Below are positions 58,170 to 64,000 of a DNA stretch of 64,000 nucleotides, one piece after another (the first letter of the stretch is position 1; each line of letters opens with the position of its first letter). A program made the translations under genes and the position numbers. The notes beneath the pieces are model-generated. The model did no database searches and had not been told where the DNA came from. It worked only from the letters and a program-made list of their open reading frames with translations. Source of the stretch: a virus; IMG/VR virus record IMGVR_UViG_3300047200_000500, positions 32,001-96,000 of that record; one strand, given 5' to 3'.

Positions 58170-59867
58170 ATGAGTTTTGTATTATTTGATAAAATCAGAT
58201 TATTATTTAAACGTAGTAATATATATTCACATGAAAACATTTTACAAAATCAACCAGATATTTCGAAGGTTTATACTAATCAAAATAATATAATTGATCT
58301 TCATGATCCCTCTTTTTATATTGAACAAAGTAATGTACAAATAAATAGACTCGAAAGATATAAAGACTACGACCAGATGAATGAGGTTGGCGAAATATCG
58401 CTAGCCTTAGATTTATATGCTGATGAATGTTCACTTAGAGATCCTGAGAGAAACCATTCAGTATTTGTTAAAACATCTAGTATTAGATTAAAGCAAGAAA
58501 TAGAAGATTTGTTATATAATACTCTTAATATAGATTCTCAAATTAGACCAATTGCTAGATATTTATCTAAATATGGTGATTATGCTTGTGAAATAGTAAC
58601 GACTTCCAATAGAGATGGTGTTGCATCTATCAAGACAATGTATATGTATAATTTTACTAGAGTTGAAACTAAATTTGGTGATTTGGTTGGATTCTTTTAT
58701 CAATTACCTGGCGAAAAGCCAATATATTACCATCCATGGCAAGTTGCTCATATAAGACTTACTGATTTTGAACAATTATATATGCCATATGGCAGATCAA
58801 TACTTGAAGGTGCTCGTCGTGATTGGCGCAGATTACGGTTAATGGAAGATGCTGCATTAGTATATCGTTTGGTCCGCGCTCCAGAAAAGCGAATCTTTAA
58901 GGTCCCAGTTGGTAATTTACCTCCTAAAGAACGTGAACAATATATCCAGATTATAGCTAGACGGTTTAAGAAACATAAATTTATTGATCCTGTTACTGGC
59001 GCAATGAATGAAAAATATGCACCTCACATTCAAGATGATGATTATTGGGTTCCTGTAACATCAGATGGCACAGGGGTTGAAATTGACACATTGAAGGGCG
59101 CTGAAAATCTTGATGCCATTGCTGATATTGAATATTTCAAAAAGAAAATGATATCAGCACTTAAGATACCATTTAATAGAGTTGGACTAGCTCAAGAGGG
59201 TTCAGATGCCAGTAAGACGGTGGCCCAACAATCTCCAGAATTTGCTAAAGCTATTCAATGGATACAAGACCAATTAATAGTTGGCATCAAGAAAATAGTA
59301 TTAGTGCATCTTGCTCTTAGAGGGTTTAGTGTTGATGATATGAAAGATTTTGAGCTTAGCATGACTTCTGCTAGTGCTATTGATGAACTTTATAGGATTG
59401 AAACTTGGGCTAGTAGGGTTGACATAATGGGTGGATTAAAAGAACTTAAAATATTCCCAGATGAATGGATTGTAGAGAAATTTACAGATCTTACCAAAGA
59501 TGAGCTTGAAGTTATCAAGAGAACTATGGATATGAAGAAATCGCAGGAGAGCGGCGGTGAAGAGGGAGAAGATTTCTTTGAAGATGTTAATATAAAATCA
59601 TTGGTCATAAATGAAAGAAAAGTTGATTTAAAGGAAGCTGTTGAAAAAGTTGCTGCTGCAAAGATCAAATTTGGCCCTCATGCATCGTTTAATAAATTAT
59701 TAAATGAAAATGAATTTGATGGAATAACGCATAAAGGTAAAAGGCTTGAATCAGGCATTGAGAAAAAAGATCAAGTTATTACTGAAATGAAGACTTTTTT
59801 GGAAAGTATTAGTTCAGAAGAGGTATTAACTGAAGACACTGGCATAACAGCTGCAGATGTACCCTGA
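58170..59867 (+). CDS. portal protein (gp20-like)
   Basis: RYKDYDQM, ALDLYADE, KYGD, PYGRSILE..RR.W..L.LMEDA.LVYR..RAPEKRIF...VGNLP, DDYWVP, IDTLKG, DIEYF.KK...ALKIP. Confidence 0.97.
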   Translation: MSFVLFDKIRLLFKRSNIYSHENILQNQPDISKVYTNQNNIIDLHDPSFYIEQSNVQINRLERYKDYDQMNEVGEISLALDLYADECSLRDPERNHSVFVKTSSIRLKQEIEDLLYNTLNIDSQIRPIARYLSKYGDYACEIVTTSNRDGVASIKTMYMYNFTRVETKFGDLVGFFYQLPGEKPIYYHPWQVAHIRLTDFEQLYMPYGRSILEGARRDWRRLRLMEDAALVYRLVRAPEKRIFKVPVGNLPPKEREQYIQIIARRFKKHKFIDPVTGAMNEKYAPHIQDDDYWVPVTSDGTGVEIDTLKGAENLDAIADIEYFKKKMISALKIPFNRVGLAQEGSDASKTVAQQSPEFAKAIQWIQDQLIVGIKKIVLVHLALRGFSVDDMKDFELSMTSASAIDELYRIETWASRVDIMGGLKELKIFPDEWIVEKFTDLTKDELEVIKRTMDMKKSQESGGEEGEDFFEDVNIKSLVINERKVDLKEAVEKVAAAKIKFGPHASFNKLLNENEFDGITHKGKRLESGIEKKDQVITEMKTFLESISSEEVLTEDTGITAADVP

Positions 59868-59905
59868 TAAAATATATCAACGCAAAAATACCCTAAATTA
59901 AGGTA

Positions 59906-62008
59906 ATGAGCATGAATAAGCAACCGACTCTTGCCACCTCCAAAGTTACGATGGATGCTCGCAAGTTGCTGAGCACTATCAACCAAGGATATGCAGGTCA
60001 GATATCGGTCATGGAGAACCGACTGCAAAAACTTGGACTGGAATTAAACAGAAAATTCCGTTTAGTTTCTCTTGCCAATAATGCATTAATGTTTGAAGAT
60101 GTAAAGTCTAATAATTATTACCGTGCTGATTATAAGATTGCTGAGCATCAAATTACTCTTGAAAATATTAAACAGATTGTTGTTGTTGATGAAAAGAAAC
60201 CAGAAATCTTTAATAAAGCTTGCCGTGAGTTAGTAGAAGCTATTGAAAATGATGATTCTTCAAAGGCTGATAAGATTTTTGGACAGATAGAGAAGGGGTA
60301 TTGCACACCTAATGTTATTCCTGAGAGTGGCATAGTTAAGACTCGTGATGGTGTTGTTCAGCGCATTCATATCAATGAATCTATCATATCAGAATCAATA
60401 TATCCAGTATTAGTGAAGACAATTAAGGAATCAATTACTTCTGCAAAGATGGTCATTAAAGAAGGTGTAATAACCTATAATGACCAGAATGTGAAATTAC
60501 CTGTATCTAAGTTAACTTTACGTCAGGTTAACGCTCGCCACATGAGGAATGTGGCTGAGAGTGCTTATCAGAGTGATAATTTTGGTAAGCTTATCAAGGC
60601 TTGTGCCGCTCACATTTCTAATGCTAATATTCGCGAGGCTATCAAACTGTCTAAGGATTTCTTAACTGAAGAGCAGGAATTCACTCTCCTCAATAAGGAT
60701 GAGTTTGGAACATTAATTGAAAATACTTTATTCTCGAATGGTATCTTTAATCATAAGATAGTAGAGGATACCGCAAACACCCTTTGGGAAACCAATTGTT
60801 TTGTTAATAAAGATGCCATCTTGAAGGAATGGAAGATAGCTGCTGAAGATATTAAGTCAAAGAATTTAACTGAAAATGTTAAGTTACTTGAGGATGTTTC
60901 AAATAATCCAAAGAAGTTCTCTGAAGCTTATGATTCATTTGTTAAATCAGTTCTTGTTGAGGACATGTCATCCAAGGCTGTAAAGGCCCAAGCATACCTC
61001 AATATGCTCAAACTGGTCAAGAATGTTGTTTCTGGATCTGACGCTGACGCTGCAGTACAGGGAGCAGTGGATGATCTTGTAATTCGTCTTGAGAGTGATA
61101 TTAATAATATTGATGATGCAACCCTTTATGAAGTTGAAGATTTACTCGCCACAGTTGGTTCTGATTTAATCACAGACGTTCAGACACTTGGCGATTTCAA
61201 CAAGATACCTGAGCCTCAAGCTGTTGACCAGTTTGGTGCACCTTCTGATATTGAAGGTGAATTTGCTGGTGATATGGGTGAAGACTTTGTTGCCCCATCA
61301 GTTGGCGGTGCAGGCGGAATGGGTGAGGCTGGTGCTGCTGGCGATATGGGTGCTCCTACCGCAGACATGGGCGCTCCGGCCAGTGCAACTCCTGGTGCAG
61401 AAGGTGGCATAGAAGTAGCTCCTGAGGTAGTTCCTGGTGCTGAAGAGGAAGAGGAAGAGCCAGTACTAGATAGTAAGAAAGTTGACGGAAAGGCTATTAG
61501 TGAAAATTCTGATTATAATACTCCCAAAATTGATGAAAATTTAAAAGTCAATGAAAGCTATGGTGAAAGCGATAAGCCATGGGAAAAGAAGGATGATAAG
61601 AAAGTAGAAGACAAAGTGGAAGACAAAAAGGATGATAAGAAAGTAGAAGAATCACTTGTTGCTGTTGCTAATAGTGATGAAAAACTCATTGAAATAGTCA
61701 GCGCTGCAATGAATGCAGATGACAAAACTGATGATGAAGTTAAAAAAGCTGATCCAGCCCCTGCCGCTGATAAACCAGAAGGTGAATTAATTCAAGATTG
61801 CGATGAACCAGTGGTTAAAGAGGACAGCAATATAACTGATCCTGATAGCAAGAACTATGCTGGCCACCAAGATGATAAGAAAGATCATGAAGGCGTGAAG
61901 AGAAATAATCCTCCTAAATTCAGTGATGAAGATTTTAATGGTACCGAAAAAGCTAAAACTGGCAAGGATAAGCCAGAAGCCGGTCTGACAAGCGCTACTA
62001 AGGAATAA
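59906..62008 (+). CDS. putative prohead core / scaffold-type protein
   Basis: Between portal and protease; helical, acidic low-complexity tail, many (I/L/V)xE sites. Confidence 0.6.
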   Translation: MSMNKQPTLATSKVTMDARKLLSTINQGYAGQISVMENRLQKLGLELNRKFRLVSLANNALMFEDVKSNNYYRADYKIAEHQITLENIKQIVVVDEKKPEIFNKACRELVEAIENDDSSKADKIFGQIEKGYCTPNVIPESGIVKTRDGVVQRIHINESIISESIYPVLVKTIKESITSAKMVIKEGVITYNDQNVKLPVSKLTLRQVNARHMRNVAESAYQSDNFGKLIKACAAHISNANIREAIKLSKDFLTEEQEFTLLNKDEFGTLIENTLFSNGIFNHKIVEDTANTLWETNCFVNKDAILKEWKIAAEDIKSKNLTENVKLLEDVSNNPKKFSEAYDSFVKSVLVEDMSSKAVKAQAYLNMLKLVKNVVSGSDADAAVQGAVDDLVIRLESDINNIDDATLYEVEDLLATVGSDLITDVQTLGDFNKIPEPQAVDQFGAPSDIEGEFAGDMGEDFVAPSVGGAGGMGEAGAAGDMGAPTADMGAPASATPGAEGGIEVAPEVVPGAEEEEEEPVLDSKKVDGKAISENSDYNTPKIDENLKVNESYGESDKPWEKKDDKKVEDKVEDKKDDKKVEESLVAVANSDEKLIEIVSAAMNADDKTDDEVKKADPAPAADKPEGELIQDCDEPVVKEDSNITDPDSKNYAGHQDDKKDHEGVKRNNPPKFSDEDFNGTEKAKTGKDKPEAGLTSATKE

Positions 62009-62013
62009 GGGTC

Positions 62014-62670
62014 ATGCAGGTCCTATCCAATAGAGTGATTACTAAAAATCAGGTAATCCGGGATTATTACCCTCTCAAGGTAATAAAGCAGGACTCTATA
62101 CTTGCCGAATCGGCAAATGGATCACCAAAGCGTCAGGTTACACGTCTAACCAGTTTGGTTCAAAAAGCTGAAGATCCAAACGAGAATGGTAGAATCTATC
62201 CACTTGAAGTAATGACTGAGAGTGTTAAAGCTATACAGCCAATGTTGAAAGAGCGTTCAATCTTGGGTGAGATGGATCACCCAGATGATGCTAAAATTCA
62301 TACAGAAAATGCTTGCATATTGTTAACTAAGTTATGGATGGAAGGCAAGAATGTTTATGGTCAGTTTGAGATCCTTGAAGGAATGCCTAAGGGGCAGATG
62401 CTCAAGGCTCTAATTGACCAAGATGTAAGAGTCTGCATTAGTAGTCGTGGTGTGGGTGATCTTGAATCGTATCTTAGTGAAGATGGTAATGAGTTTAATA
62501 GAGTTCTTCCAGGATTTAAGTTCGTAACCTTTGATGCTGTTAATGAACCTAGTGTTAATGGTACTAATCTTAGCATAATGGAAAGCAAGATCCGTGTTGC
62601 TCGTAGCAAGTCACGTATTGATCTTGAAAAACAGTTCCTCACTGAGACCAAACTTACTTTCAGAGTTTGA
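62014..62670 (+). CDS. prohead protease (gp21-like)
   Basis: NENGRIYP, LGEMDHP, G.FEIL...P.G, ISSRGVG, TFDAVNEPS. Confidence 0.95.
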   Translation: MQVLSNRVITKNQVIRDYYPLKVIKQDSILAESANGSPKRQVTRLTSLVQKAEDPNENGRIYPLEVMTESVKAIQPMLKERSILGEMDHPDDAKIHTENACILLTKLWMEGKNVYGQFEILEGMPKGQMLKALIDQDVRVCISSRGVGDLESYLSEDGNEFNRVLPGFKFVTFDAVNEPSVNGTNLSIMESKIRVARSKSRIDLEKQFLTETKLTFRV

Positions 62671-62722
62671 TCAAATATATTTCAACCACCATTTTCAAAA
62701 CCTAAGTCAAGGAATAAATCAA

Positions 62723-63718
62723 ATGGATCGCGCTACAATAATCAAAGCCCTTAAAGAAGAGATTGATGCCGTCGAAAAGGCTGATGGCAAGGGTGTTGCT
62801 AAAAAAGAAGTAAAGGAAGTTAGTGGAGTTAGTGCTGATGGAAAATCAGAAAAAATCAAGCTTAGTGGTGGTGAAACCACAGTTGGTGGTGATGCTGGTG
62901 GCGTGACTAAAGGTGGCAAGCCTGCCGAAGGTTGCTGTGAACCGGCTATTGAAAAGGCTGATGGTAAATCAGTGGCTTCAGCTAAGACAGGCGATGCCAA
63001 AGTTGGTGGCGGAGCAGCTGACGGTAAAGCAGTTTGCACTGCTGATGGTAAATCAGTAGCTACTGCTGATGCCAAGATCAGTCCAGACCTTAAGGGGATG
63101 GACAATGCAGTTGGTGAGAGTATAACCCTCCCTCATGATGTACTGGTCGAGATGAATGGCAAGCAGATGACTCTTAAGGCTGGCACCAAGGTGTGCTTAG
63201 TCAAGGAAGAGGAAGAGTGCGAGAAAAATGATGAGAAAAAGAAAAATGAAGAGCCGCCTGTCGCAGCAGAACCTGGGGCTTCAGTAACTGTTGAAGACAA
63301 TAAAAAGAGTAATAAGGTTGTTAATGAGGAAATTCCTGATTTCCTTAAAGATGAAGGAACTAAAGATGCTGGCGAAGAGGCTGGCGAAGAGGCTGGCGAA
63401 GAGGCTGGCGAAGAGGCTGGCGAAGAGGCTGGCGAGGGCGAAGTAGAATTTGGTGCTGGTGACATGCCAAGTGATGAAGCAGATCTGCCCGCCATAGTTG
63501 AACCGGAGAAGGAAATTGAAGGAAGTGCACTTGATAAGATTGTAGCCTCTCTCGATACCCTGGCTGATAGCTTCCGTGAGTTTGCTGCAGAAGAGAAGAG
63601 CGAACCACAGCATGGTGGTGAGGAAGCTGGTACTGGTGAGAAGGAAGAGAAGGAAAATACTGAGTTTAATACTCAACTTGAGTCATTCAGCAAGAGAAAA
63701 GGTAAACTGATCAAGTAA
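62723..63718 (+). CDS. acidic low-complexity scaffold / internal head protein
   Basis: AAGGAA RBS before ATG 62723; repeated ADGK motifs and AGEE repeat; gp22 position. Confidence 0.6.
   Translation: MDRATIIKALKEEIDAVEKADGKGVAKKEVKEVSGVSADGKSEKIKLSGGETTVGGDAGGVTKGGKPAEGCCEPAIEKADGKSVASAKTGDAKVGGGAADGKAVCTADGKSVATADAKISPDLKGMDNAVGESITLPHDVLVEMNGKQMTLKAGTKVCLVKEEEECEKNDEKKKNEEPPVAAEPGASVTVEDNKKSNKVVNEEIPDFLKDEGTKDAGEEAGEEAGEEAGEEAGEEAGEGEVEFGAGDMPSDEADLPAIVEPEKEIEGSALDKIVASLDTLADSFREFAAEEKSEPQHGGEEAGTGEKEEKENTEFNTQLESFSKRKGKLIK
63368..63436 (+). repeat. 12-bp tandem repeat (gctggcgaagag; AGEE) x5 plus partial
   Basis: Direct reading. Confidence 0.95.
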
Positions 63719-63744
63719 TTAGTCAATACAGTTATTGCAACTGA

Positions 63745-63776
63745 TTTCACCCCAGGCTAAAAAGCTTGGGGTGAAA
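63745..63776 (+). terminator. intrinsic terminator after the scaffold-like gene
   Basis: tttcaccccaggct-aaaa-agcttggggtgaaa followed by agttttt. Confidence 0.85.
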
Positions 63777-63798
63777 AGTTTTTGGACAAAGATATAAT

Positions 63799-64000
63799 AT
63801 GAAGTTGTCACTGATAAATGAGTCTAATAGAGAAGATAGAGAAATACTATCAAGACAAGCTGAATTTGAAACAGTTCTTTTATATGAGCCAGAATTTGAA
63901 TCAATGGAAAATTATGAAATTTTAGATTATTGCACGAAACAATTTACTACTAATACTCCTCCTGGTATAACACCAATAAATGCCAAAGTAATATGTGCTG
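63799..64000 (+). CDS. partial CDS, hypothetical
   Basis: MKLSLINESNREDREILSRQAEFE... open to the window end. Confidence 0.55.
   Translation, partial: MKLSLINESNREDREILSRQAEFETVLLYEPEFESMENYEILDYCTKQFTTNTPPGITPINAKVICA

Noticed and set aside
62719-63676. Several minus-strand ORFs (SPAS, ASLF, RQPL repeats)
   Set aside because: Shadows of the GC-richer scaffold gene and its 12-bp repeat
1-64000. tRNA/rRNA, DGR or retron reverse transcriptase, integrase, tape-measure gene
   Set aside because: None recognised; intergenic gaps are nearly all under 130 bp. A covariance-model scan would be needed to exclude small RNAs

Overview
This is an AT-rich, very densely coded 64-kb segment of a large (jumbo-type) T4-like myophage genome. 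It carries: (i) a replication/recombination set: bacterial-type RecA, gp41/DnaB-like helicase, a minimal family-A polymerase, UvsY-like, gp32-like SSB, 5'-3' exonuclease, resolvase-like, primase and UvsW; (ii) a dispersed sugar-modification set: UDP-glucuronate decarboxylase, five glycosyltransferase-like ORFs (two with two GT domains), a methyltransferase, a radical SAM enzyme, and a Ser/Thr/Pro mucin-like beta-propeller protein; (iii) baseplate, neck, fibre, sheath, tube and chaperone genes; (iv) terminase, portal, core/scaffold and prohead protease, with no major capsid gene in the window. The strongest leads are: a LAGLIDADG intein in a gp55-like late sigma factor; a sigma70-like core embedded in a protein that looks head-packaged and protease-processed; a possible xylose-based virion-glycosylation module; a Vsr-type endonuclease fused to a Mom-like domain; two candidate programmed frameshifts; and a promoter-like heptamer 4-8 nt upstream of many SD-less start codons, suggesting leaderless mRNAs. 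All calls come from reading motifs by eye; no searches were run. No tRNA, rRNA or CRISPR array was seen.
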